Assembly (NCBI GenBank): GCA_000320545.1
Contig: ADNK01002063.1
Span: 13,936 to 77,935 of the forward strand
Reading direction: 5' to 3'
DNA length: 64,000 nucleotides
From: Bigelowiella natans CCMP2755
Taxonomy: Eukaryota; Protista; Cercozoa
Shown here: positions 36,522 through 48,869 of the stretch, in pieces
Position numbering within the stretch: position 1 is the stretch's first letter
Layout: each line of letters opens with the position of its first letter
Program-made: the position numbers and the translations under genes
Notes under the pieces: generated by a model
Database searches by the model: none
Seen by the model: only the letters and a program-made list of their open reading frames with translations
Told to the model about the DNA's origin: nothing

Positions 36522-39500
36522 TTAAGTACTCTTGCGACTATCATTAACTTTCTTTTCAATTTCATACAACCGCTTTATAATAACCCGATTTAGGCACTCC
36601 ATGCAGTACTTGTTTTCCATATCCTGCCGAGCCTTGATTCCCTTTTCCCTGGCTTCCTCAGGATTCTCAACCACATGCCGCAAAAGCTCGCGGAGATGCT
36701 CGATCGACGGATTTGCCCATTCGTGGCCCTTAAACGGCCCGTCTAGGTCGGCACAAGGCAAGCAACAGTTAGATACTAGGTTAGTACAGCAGCAGGAAGT
36801 CTGAAATGATCCAGCACAGGGGGACATTATTCGGGTCATGATAACTGAAAAGGCTTTACCAACCTTTGATGGCGACGAGGCCGTCTATACGAAGCGGATA
36901 TGAATTTTCCGGTGTCATAAACTCCGTTGTCCCGCTCCAATTTGTGGCAATAACCTGACGATGTTGATCGCAAACCGAGCCTAAGATCAGCCCACCACCA
37001 CCGCAAACAACTGACACTTCCCCAACAACTTCCTGTCGTCATCATAACCAGCGGCGGCGGCGTGCCAAAAATGCGTTTCAGCCCAACAATCGGCATAGAA
37101 CACATAAGAAAATAGAAGATGGAAAATGGTGATAGCGGCCATGTGATGACGACGACGACTGCAAGACGACAATGGCGACACAATTGATCAAGAAAGCACC
37201 GGGAGCCCCATCGACATTGCCTCTACATGTGGCCTTCCCCATCTGCAAATGAAATATCAGCAGAGGGGTGTTGATGACGATGGCAAACAACGAACGATTC
37301 AGAGAGCTTTGCGCTCACGAGCAAACATGGCTCGAAATGGGAAAATCCCCTCGCTTTGGTGCTCACAACACGACAACCGCATCATCGGGCACACAGTGTG
37401 CTGCCTTTGAATTCGATAGAGCCGGGGTGACATAAAGCGAGAGCGCTAAGCTCAGATGAAACAGAAGCAAATAGACCGTGCGGAAACTTACCCCTCCCCC
37501 CTCGACGGCAGCACAAACGCATCGACGGATTTGTACAGACACGGCATGCTCCGAGTCGGGATTCCTGACGTTAGCAATTCCACCCTTGGTAAGCCTGAAG
37601 CAATAACCCTATCTGTCGTTGAGCTTCTCTCCGCTCCTTGTCCGCCCCCTTCTGCAATGCTGGCAGATAAATCCGGTATCGATTCCACGAATCTAATGGA
37701 GCAGCACATCTATCTATCATCGAGTCTCAAACCATGAAACGAATGAAATCTCTCATCGAAACCAGGGTGAGTGCGTAACGACGCTGGCTTGCGTCGCCGG
37801 ATGAAACAGAATATCAAGGACATAGCCAGGGGGGGATGCTCGCCGTTTATAATGCATAATCATCATTCACACCACATGCGCACGTGCAAGGTACTCTTTA
37901 ATTTTCCGGTCAAAGTCGTCGGAGGTGTGATACGCATTGGTGAGGATGTAAAGGACGACCTGAAGAGAAAAAAATAAAAAATCCGGCGCGCAGGAATTTT
38001 TCAAAAACAAATGTCTACTAGGAAGAAGGAAGGGGCGCGCGCGGGGGGGGGGTAACTGAAAGAATGCCTCCGAACTAAAGCTAATGGGCAGATATATTGT
38101 TATCTAATATGACGATCAAAAAGGCCACATCACGCCGCTGCTACTACTATTGCCTCTCTGGCGCAAGCGACCGAATCTTGAGCGGTGAATTCGCGAATGT
38201 ACGCTTCAAGCAGCACTCTCCAGCCTTTCCTGTCTTCCCATTTGAATACAGAGAGAAACTTAAACGGATCTTCCTCTTCTTCGTCTTCTTCTTTTTCTTC
38301 TCCTTCCTTTTGCTGTTTATGATGATTAGGATGATCATCCTCATCGCTTTTACTTCCGGTTTCGCTGGGGCCACTGCCCCCCCCCCCCTCTGAACTCGTC
38401 TCGCCCGTCGGAGGCGGCGCCCGATGTTCCGGAGGAGGCCGGAGATTGGAGAACTTGTGGCATTCAAGGTCTTTTCTTGCGGGATTGTAGAAAGACGTAT
38501 CGACGGGCTGTATGGGCGACGAATCGGCGATTGATATACAGGAAGGATGAGATGCAGACAACAACGACTACGGTTAGGCATAGGAGGAGGAAGGAGGGTG
38601 ACAACGATGAAGACGAAACGATGGTCATGAGTACAGTTGTTAGCTACGAAGCGAACACATTTTCTGCCAGACTTACTGCTCCCGATCATCATTGCATCAC
38701 CGTCATCATCTAAAGGCCGCAACCTCTCCGACGACTTTCAGCTTTGCTGGGTCCACGCCGCCTTCTTCGAACACTTTGCGGTGGAACTCAGTAGGCACCT
38801 TCCAAGCGAGCAGGGCAACGAAGGAAGGAGGAAGCAGAAGGAGGAGGGGGGGGAGGAGGAGGAGGAGGTGAAAAACCCTCATCGGAAAGCGTCATCGATA
38901 AAATGCTTTAGAGCCATTTCTCGTGGAAAAGGATTCTTCTGTCTCTGGCCATTTGCCAAGTCGGCACAGGAGCAACACCATCGTGTGCGTGTTTGCTTCC
39001 TCTTTGGGTTGCAATACCATCGCAGACTCGCATCGCTATCAAGTATTCGTGCTATGCTATACTTCTTCTTCATCATCTATTACTACTGCAACCGGGATCA
39101 TCATGTCGCTTCTTAACTACACTATTACTACTACTACTACTACTACTACTACTACCACTATACCTACTACAACAACAAATATAACAACCACTACTACAAC
39201 TACTACTACTAGTTACTACGCCTACTTACCCATGATTCGTTGAGCTTATTGATACGTTCCGCCCACCCCTAGCACCGAAGGAATCGAGTTAAGAGTAAGG
39301 CAAGAAACACAGAATATGCATTAGTCATGTCCATACAAGCACAGAATTCCGAATTCCCACAGCAAAACAACGGTCTACACCACAACAATCGCTCTTGAGA
39401 GCCAGCTCTATTAGCCCTCCGCCGTATCCCCGCCCCCCTTGTTCGCTCTCCACACGCCGCCACCGACACCACACACCGCGGGAGAACCTTTGGGAGGCGG

Positions 39501-40592
39501 TCGGTCTCAAACATCGTTCTCCCAACCGTGTAAAGCGACCCCTCCGGGGGGCAACGGGAGGTTTGATACCTAAGAGAAATTACACCAAACTCTTCATACT
39601 CCGTCATTGCTGCCGCGCCGTGTTTTCTTGGTCTGCTTCTCCCATCCTCTCCTAACATCCCCCACCTCCCACCCCCCTCCTGCTGCTGTTCTCCCCTCTT
39701 CCCCCGTGTGCTAGTTGGAGATCACCTTGCAGGGTGCCATGCGCCTGGCTCACTATGGCATACGACAACACCAGATTTGGGCGCTATCTTCTCGAGGTAG
39801 GTCATGTGATACCTGCGCGATATACGCAAAAACAAGAAGAAGAAGAACAACAACAACAACTGTGACGACGAGGATCGAACGACGACAATAGGTGCTCGGC
39901 ATTCAAAGCGGGTTTAAACTTGCCGATTATATGTATGGCGTGCGTTTGGTGGCCGATCTGTGCATTACATGGCCTGATAAGTGTCCTGGTCTAGGCCATC
40001 GACGTATCCCTGATTATTCACCCATCGTCAAGAGTCAGGAGGAGGCACAAATCACCGCGTGCAGACAACGGAAGTCACACCGGATTTCTACACAATGTAC
40101 CTGTCGGAATGAGTCTCCATGGTGCACCGTCTGGACGTTTGTGATTTTCTTCAGTCCGATCGCGAAGCTCGTCGCTTCGGAGCAATATCCCCCCCCCGAC
40201 AGAAAAGGCGCGTACCATATGACTGGGATGGATATTTGCGGGAGCGGGGGGTCGGGCGACGTTGGCCGCTCGGTTTCGGCGGACAGACCCTTGAAGAGCG
40301 GTGCAAATATTCCAAAACAAAGGAAGCGAGCAACGTTGGCGTTCTTCCAGATGATAGCACCAGGTCTTAGTTCGGTCATGCTGCTGCTGTCGCCTTCGCC
40401 GTGTGAGAAGGACGCGACCATCGCAGTGACGACAGCTACAATGGCTAGGATGAATGCAGTGCGAGAGAGATTGCATGAAGAGGGTGAAGAGGAGGAGGAG
40501 GAAGAGGAGGAGGAGGACGATGACGATGATGATGGCGAGGAGGATTTACTCGCTCGCTTGTCGGCGCTTTTACTACCATCGGGAGAGGGCAT
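36522..40592 (-). CDS. GT4-family (GT-B) glycosyltransferase, type II membrane, multi-exon
   Basis: WYAPFLSGGGYCSEA, VVCHSEPGAWHP, GRTMFETDRLP, FLSVFKWEDRKGW, YKSVDAFVLPSRGEG|WGRPHVEAMSMGLP (EX7E motif), GHEWANPS. Confidence 0.9.
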
Positions 40593-40909
40593 GATTCTTT
40601 CGGTTTGGAGTCTGGAGAGTCACGTACACATACAACGTATCTCACTGCTCGCTCTTCCACTCTATCAATCTGGAAAGAGTTTACAGGGATGGGGGCGGCG
40701 ACGATTTATCGGACCGACAGCAGCCTGTGCGAGGATTCAGTTGGTTTTTCCCCTTTTAATCCTTGTCGCAGACGAAATTCGCAGCCATATTCTAAAAAGA
40801 CACAGATTCTCCAAAAAAACGAATCAAATACAGGACATTCTATGAACTACGACATCAAATATTACCGAGTTCCATCCGTTGAACATTTGAATTCAAACCT
40901 AACGGTGAC

Positions 40910-41460
40910 GCAATGCAAGCGTGCTAGCGTGTCCAGCTACTCTAGTACTTGTTGTAGAGCTTTGCAAACCTGCAGCCAGTGTACGGACTTTCTTTCTGAG
41001 AGTCCACGAGGTGTTTTTACGACTGATCCGCCGCCATTTTGTGCGTTGTTGGTGTGTCCATCATTGTTCGATCATCGCAGCACGTCCATCCACAGTCTCA
41101 CTCATTGCAGTCTAGCAGTGATCGATTGCTCTCCAGTTTTGTGCATTTCCATCCATTTAATTGTCATTTATTCATTTAAATGATCGAGATTATTCATGCC
41201 AGCATGGTGTGCCGAAGTTGAACAATCGCAATGCAGTGATCTAGCTAGCTAGGGGATCACTAGGTCCACGTGCTAGCGTGCGCGTCACTGACACACACGC
41301 TAGCACGCAATGAAATGAAATGGCCATTCATCGTAGATGTGAATGTGAGCATGATTGGCACACAGCTAGACAGCATACAAGCTGTGCGTGGTCGCTAGTA
41401 GCCATGACAATACGTCCGCGCTAGTCGTGCAATAATTGCGATTCTGCGCTAGTCGTTCAG
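40910..41460. other. TpA-reduced, CTAG-rich intergenic tract
   Basis: GCTAGC/CGCTAG repeats and TG/CA enrichment between the GT4 start and the UPF0658 end. Confidence 0.6.
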
Positions 41461-41720
41461 AAAATTAATGCGAGCTCATTATGCGTACACATGTTGTACA
41501 GTTCACTGAAATGTAATTCATGTGCGTATATTCTTTGACTATCTATGTTACACACACATGTGTATGTTACATTCATATACATACATACATACATATACAT
41601 AAATGTATTTGTGTGTGTGTGTGTGTGTGTGTGTGCACAGAACTACCAATTTATGAAATCAACACTATAAGCCAGCTTTGTTACATTTCAAAGTTCATTG
41701 GACATAGCAAGACATGATTG

Positions 41721-41905
41721 TTAATTCACTTCAATTGTGTCACCAGCTTCACTTAGGGCCCTTCCAGGCTGTGGAGCATCAACCAGCTCGGGAGTCATTA
41801 CATCGATCGTACTGAAACTTCCATCAATCACTTTGCTAAGTACAACATCATTTATCATGAAAATAACTTCTCTTTGAATAGGAGGGCTTAATGTATTCTA
41901 AGACG

Positions 41906-41946
<41 letters not shown>

Positions 41947-42802
41947 ATAGATATATACATATATGTGTGTGCATATGTATCAAGAACATTTAAAATTACA
42001 AAGTGCCACGAACCTCTCAGCGTCGTCAATCGAGGCCGGTATAAACACATATTCGCGCAGACCTTGACCAAAGTTTCCCAGAGCTTTGCAAGTGTATCTG
42101 GCAGGGTATAGCAGGTGCAGAGAGGTGACTTATGCAAGAAGAACTTGAGCTTTCAACTAAGGCGTTTCTATTATTCCGCGCGTGTGTGTGCGCATGTGCG
42201 AGAACGCATATCAAATACAAATTCTTATATGAAAAGTGCTAAATTACGTAAGAAGCGTGGCTCGAATAACCACACTGACGAAGCCGGAGATGAGAAAGAC
42301 TCCGAAGTCAGGGTTCCCATAAAGGGAGACCAGCCTGTACCCAATGTAACTGAGGGGAGGGGGGATTCGTTGAGATTTTGACAATCCGGCTTCAGGCAGT
42401 AACAATGCTGATAGTTTTTAGATTTCCCATAGATCTCGGCGGGTCAAAAACCATCATCCGAATTTTCAGTTTTTTTTACAGCGGCTGCACATAGCAGAAT
42501 CTGTTCCCTCTCCCCCCCTCCCCTCCGCCCTTCTCTCTCTCTCAACTCCTCTCTCAGATGACGATTTGAGACAGAATCGAAAGCAATGGCAGTTCTCTAT
42601 AGTGTCATCGAGAAGTCGCAAGGGTTAATAGAGGAACTTGCAAACGTTAATAGAAGAAATCTAATAGAAATCGCCGACACTAGTAAAGGGAGCACCCTTA
42701 CCTACCTGGGTAAAATGAAGGAGAACACGAATAATATATAGACGATGATTCGAACCTCCTCACGCACACCTGATGCAAAGCAGAGTATATATTCATTTAT
42801 AC

Positions 42803-42841
<39 letters not shown>

Positions 42842-43281
42842 TACGTGTGCGTGTGTGTGTGTGTGTGTTTGTGTGTTTTGAAGGTTCTTTGATGCGATAT
42901 TTGATTCGTTGATGTGCCCAACCGTAATTCCCGACAATTAACATGAAAAAATTCACTCCAAGCGCTACGGAGTCCAGAATGGTTTCCAGCTCGCGAAGCA
43001 CCAAGAAAGACGCCAAGATACAAATCAGAAGGCTATTAGGAAGGGGGAGAAAACAGGGGGGGGGCGGGGGGGGGGCGAGTGTTATTCAAAATTGAAGCGA
43101 CATGATGATTTTTTGTCAGCATTGCCTCGTTGCGGAACTAAAAGTATATTATATATTGTATTAAATTCTCATGAGACGACTCTTAATGATGACGACGATG
43201 GTGATCATGGAAAAGGAAGAACCCGTTGTCTTTCATCATTGCCATCTATCACAAACCTCCCTCTGAGCCGCGTAATGACCG

Positions 43282-43315
<34 letters not shown>

Positions 43316-44008
43316 GTTTATCATTGCTGAGGCTGTAACAACAGACCGGTATTACCTAACGACGAAATCGAGCTTGAGCAGCGAATAGAATATGTTGTAC
43401 ACTCGGAAGATCTTCTGGAGATGAAGATCTGGCCCCTGCGAAGGAAGTCAAGACGTCAATTGACAACAACTCATGCTAAAAAGAGGAGAATGCAACAGCC
43501 TCACCACTCTTCGATGAATATACCACCCGAAGGAATCATGCACTCGATACGCCGCAGCGATTAGCAGAAGCTGCACAACGACAGTTTCAATGCCGGCTGA
43601 TCACCACATACATTGTATGAATCAAAACAATGGGCTATCGTTGTCACCATCATTGATGCTGGGAGACTTGCGTGATTGCTGATGATACTTCTTCTGCTGC
43701 TGCTGCTGCTGCTACCATGAGCCGTTATTACTAAAATAATTTTTTACAGTTGTGGAAAGAGTGCTACATACTGGCGAGGGCAAGCTGCTGAAAGTAAGAA
43801 CCCATCGAAGCCTTTACCGATGCATCGAAGCTCACATATATTGCGTATCCTAATGCCAATCAGCCCCAAATAGTAGTTTATTATACAAACGAGACCCATC
43901 GCCCATTGTTGAGTAATCCAAATAAAAAAGTAGCTGTTATCGGGATAAAAACCCAAAAATATTATCAAAATAAATCCCCCGGACACTGAACATATATACA
44001 CATGTATA

Positions 44009-44057
<49 letters not shown>

Positions 44058-45276
44058 GTATATCGGCGATGACAGAATGTGGAAACAACCCATTACAACG
44101 CCGTGTACAATAACTGACGTCCACAGTGTAAAATGGTCCTCTGGAAAAATACATGTATATGAATACAGCACGGTGTTTCCTTTTACATTCGTCATAAGCA
44201 CAACGTCAACCATGCTCAGGTTTCTTTTTACAAAAATCATCTTCATCATCATTGTCTTTCTCTTTATCAGTGTAGTCATTCTCATTATCACCAGCATCAT
44301 CATGCAAACATACATACATACATACATACCTCGTTTCACGCAATCAAAAACGAAGTAGAGCATAGCTGTAGCGCTTACAATCCATATTATGGCGTAGGCA
44401 TCTGCATCTCTATATACAAGAAAGATAGGCAAATAACGATATGCTAATCAACGTTGTTTCTGCTTATGTTTCTCCTAAAATCAAAAGTACGGAGCCTGAT
44501 ATCGCATCGAAAACAGCAATTGGTTGCAACTCGCGAAATGACAAATGAACGTGTCCCAAAACCACTACATAAAGCGCTTGTTTGGCGCATCCAGCACAGT
44601 CGCAAGAGGCGACAACTCAATCTTGCTGCCGCGCCTCCTACCGCGTCTCATGATCTAAGAGAATCAACGTGCAGACTGCGCAGAGGTAAAGAACCTAAAT
44701 GATGAATAAACCATGTAGGAATGAGATCATTTCCTCAAAAACTTTCTGCCCCCTTCCCTAATGGATGATTGTTTCAGTAGATTGCCAAAGCAGCATTTGT
44801 TGTGAGAAATGCCTCAGAGATGTGATGATGTTATTATCTATTCCGAAGGGATGAATGGAAGCGCAAAGGGAGTTTATTTGAGCTATATTACCTGAAATCC
44901 GACTAGCATTACGTAAAATTTGGATTCATTCGATAATTTCTTTATCACGTGCGTTTCGGCGCGTTCTAACTGTAAAATGCCAACCAAATAAGGAACGAAG
45001 CTTGATTATAGCAACAGATATAGGGGGAAGGGGGGGGGGGGGGGAGAGGGGGAGGGGAATTCCATTTCGACCACCTACAGCACCGATGCACCACATCAGC
45101 ACAAAAATTAGCGAAAAGGATCCTCCAGCCCCTCTCCCCCCCAAACAACGTCAACTGAGCTTCTCCGTTAATGCAATCGCTTGTGCACATTCCGAACAAG
45201 CAAAGAATACGTTTGTACGTACGGTGGGGATAAAGCGCCTGAGTTCCCGTTCATTCATGCACCAGCAGCAAGACAT
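41721..45276 (-). CDS. UPF0658-like multi-pass (Golgi) membrane protein, multi-exon; 5' end uncertain
   Basis: FGWYIHRR|..GPDLHLQKIFRVYNIFYSLLKLDF, GVREE, NFGQGLREY match the family motifs FGW..Y..IGAD...Y.I...LLKFD and NF.KGLK; stop TAA at 41721-41723. Confidence 0.7.
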
Positions 45277-45549
45277 GGCCACCTCTCGTTACGAGCGCTA
45301 ATGATTGGGGCATGAAGCTTACTCGACAAGAAAGGTTTGAATGTTCTATGAGGAGCGTCTCAACCTTGCTTCCACACCTCATCTCAGCCCTCCCAATGAA
45401 AGCCAAAAAAAAAAGCTTCGCATTCTCGAAAAGGGGAAAAGGGTTGCAGGAGGAGAAGGAGGGGGGAGAAGGAAAAAGATGTGCCCGGCTTACATGCTCG
45501 AATGGGTGGGGCGGCAAATCCGAAAAGGATACGCCGTGCGTTTGTGTTA

Positions 45550-46375
45550 AAGCAATGCACTAGTATTAGATGTCGCAGGTCTAAAACCCAGGACAATTTT
45601 CCTTCCATCGGGAGCTAGTGTGATTGTGTCGCAGGTTTGAAAAAGCTTAACAACAGATATTTTGTTGTTGTCGCATGCACCCTTTTCTCCTTTTGGCCCC
45701 TTTTTTCCCGGTGTGACTCCCGGAAGGACTTGCGCCCGTGCGACGGCTGTCTGTCTCATCCTTGCGCAATTCTCACGAAGACACGTCTCTGCAACATCTT
45801 TTGTTCTCCTGTCAAGGAACATCTGATGTCAGAGACCGTTTCTGGAACAGGGTTCGTCACCTTGCATCTCGTCATCAAGCTGATTCCAATGACAATGCAA
45901 TCACCTTGCGTGCCTTCTCAGCCACGTCTTCACGTGGCAAAGCTCTGCCTTGCTCCAGGGGCTAGACCTGGTGTTCCTTCGACTGACAAAGAAATCGACA
46001 GGACTTTCCGTCGAACCATTGTCCTGCTTGACAATTTTGCTGCTGTTCGCCAATCCAATTTTCCCCCGTCGCAATGTTCTTGGCTTCTTCTTCCTTGTTC
46101 TGTCACGTCTGGCGCTTCGATCACCAGTTTCAGTTGCAACTCAGACACGTTCTGACTGCACCAACAAACAACAGACAGTTCACCCAGCCTCAACTCATCA
46201 CCTTTGGCTTCCTCAGATGTGGGTTGTTGGCTGGTTTTGCAACTCACCACCAACAGGGTGCTGACAAGTCCTTGCAACGACTGTTGTTGAGGCTCTGCTG
46301 CACGGCTGCGTGCACACGCCTGTCTCCCCCAGTCCCGTGTGGTTCTGGCGCATGTGAACTTGATCAATGCTTTAG

Positions 46376-46411
<36 letters not shown>

Positions 46412-46870
46412 CCAGATCATCATCCACAATGCTCAGAACCAGAGAACGATGTGAATTGCCGCCAGCCTGAATCGAACTTTCAGGTGTTGTCACAATTGTG
46501 CATGCACATTGCAGATGAAGCATGTTCAGTTTGTTTGAGTGAATGCTCTGTCGCAGTGCCAGCTGGCCAGCGCCAGAGTGTCCGTCCGGATCTGACCAGC
46601 TGGGGATGAGCAGCACTTGCAGGCACGACTGCAAGTCTGGCCAGCTAGTGGATGAGGTCCACGTCTCTAGGTCTGGCTAGCTGGCCAGCTGGAGGTGTGT
46701 GCACTTTCACGTTTCTGGCGTGGCGCTGGCAAGTGTGCTGTGGTGTGTGATGTCCAAACGTGTGAGTGACGATGATGAAATCATCGTGACCGCCAAGTAC
46801 ACATACACATTCATTCTGCAGTGTATATTCATGAGCAATGGATCGATGCTTCAATGTGTTTCCTAGCACA
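45550..46870. pseudogene. TpA-depleted tract containing a decayed coding-like fragment (TE or pseudogene)
   Basis: A single TA (in CTAG) in 45660-46372; the minus strand has an interrupted frame RSSPWSKAELCHVKTWLRRH..HWNQL..FLDRRTKDVAE with no Tyr. Confidence 0.55.
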
Positions 46871-46925
46871 CAAAGATATGCTTGCATCCAAAATTTGGTT
46901 CTCAGCTTAGTCTATAACGCCAGTG

Positions 46926-48654
46926 CTATTTCTTCTTAATCGCAGAGCCGATTTTTGTGGTCACCCATGATGTGAACTCTGCATAACTGAGCCGGCCATC
47001 TTTGTTCACATCCGCAGCCTTGATGATAGCAGACAATTGACTCGGGCTGACATTTCGTAGTCCTACTCTTGGTAGGATTCTCTGAACTTCATCGGGATCC
47101 AGCAATCCATTCTTGTCCGCATCAGCCTTTGCGAATTTACTGGACAAATCTTTCATGTCGATTTTAGCCAAACTGGCTATCCAAGAATTCGGTAATTCTG
47201 CTCGACTGCATTGGTTCTCACCTTTCAAATCGATCACCACAGTAACCATTTAGGCAGGCTCTAGAAAATATAGTGCGAGCATAACAAAAACAAAGCAACA
47301 ACTCAAACCGTACCTTTGATCCCGAAAGCATCCTCCACCATTTTATAGGCAATTGGATCGAACCCCTTCAGCTCGCAGTGAATATATGGAAAGTAATCGT
47401 TTCGGAAACGACGTGAGGAGAAGAATGCTTCGCAGGCTTCAGCAAAATACTCTGCGCTATTGTTTGCAGCGTAGTGTTTGGCATTCGAACTCCTGCCATC
47501 TCTTTCAGACGTCGCGTATTTACCTGTCTTCATCGCCTTTGCATAGGCTTCATCAACTATTTTTTGTACATGTCGGCGTCTGTAGTTGTGATAAGCATGG
47601 CATAGTTCATGAAGTAAGATTGAAGGCTGGTTCCATCCTAGATAGTGGCTGCAATTTAGGATTTCCACTCCGCCCGCCTTCTCCGGCATCTGGTCGTGTG
47701 CGATAAGCCATGACCCGGCACCTGACCAGTGACACCAAGCTCCTCTTTGCTCCTTTCCCTGTGCACTTGAGCTAATGTTAATCCAAATCGGCGCGCGCTC
47801 TTGGAGGCCTTTGGTAGCACGTTTGGGCATTACCCTTAAAATCTCTGCCGTGTCGCCGTGTAGCTTTTCCTCAAGGCCAAGGCTCGATGCGAAAGCTCCT
47901 TTCTCGATGTAGAATTTGAATCCATTGATGTTGTGAGCCTCGTAGATCTTTCCCTTAGCGTTACGGTTACCATGGACGACTTCACCGGTGGGGGTCTTAC
48001 TGGCTGAGGCGCCGGTCTTTGTGTCTCCAGCGTTTTGACAAACAACGACATTGTGGACGCGTCTTTTATTGATCTGCCGGTTTAGTGAGTCATGCATTGG
48101 AGTCGGCGCTTTAGTCGATGAATATACTGGACCTGGCAATTCAGAAAAAATAAGAGGGACGATAATGTATTATTAGGTGAAGAAAGCTCACCTGTTGCAA
48201 GGTATGAGAACCACCCTTTAGCCTTTGATACGCCTATGGCGACACAATTCGCGTCCTTTATCCAAACTGAAACCTTTTCATCTTCTTTGGGGAGCGCTTT
48301 TGTTTTAATACAGAATCCATTGGATCCCAGTTCGGTTGCCTTTGCGATCGCTCGACGGACAGTCATCCTCCCAACATGCATGTCTCCCCCAGATACAAGG
48401 TATCCATTCTTTACTTCATAAGATATCTTATAAGTCCACCAATCTGCATTTTTAAATACCTTTTTCGCCACGCATTGATCATCTTTGATGAACACGTCCA
48501 CTTTGTCACCTGGTGTTGCAGTTTTCGACTTGAAGCAGAACCCCGTCGCTCCAAGCGAGCTGGCCTTCTTAAAGGCCTCCGAAAGGCTCATTTTACCGGT
48601 AGCTAAGTCACCTCCGGAGGCTAAGTATCCATTCAATGCCTTCCAAAAGCTCAT
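46926..48654 (-). CDS. Multidomain protein: two tandem ~70-aa repeats + HEXXH zinc metallopeptidase (MtfA/anthrax-LF-like) + EF-hand pair, 3 exons
   Basis: Repeats YLASGGDL...ATGFCF...WWTY and YLVSGGDM...SNGFCI...WFSY; ILLHELCHAYH, YAANNSAEYFAEACEAFF, NDYFPY; EF loops DADKNGLLDPDE and DVNKDGRLSYAE. In-frame phase-1 introns at ~48133-48191 and ~47223-47313. Confidence 0.75.
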
Positions 48655-48869
48655 GGTACACTGTTCGGAGAGGGGGAGATAAGACCAAAAGTATCAACCG
48701 GTAATAAACTTACTAAACGATTATAAATTCATTGTCGCAGGACGAAAATCTACAGGATTTTATCAAATTCTGTCTCTTGGAAAAAAAATGGCTCCGAACC
48801 CTCGGACGACCCGACCGGCGTGGATCATCGTGTAGATAGAGCCTTTAGGAAGTTCCTACCTAGATTAGA

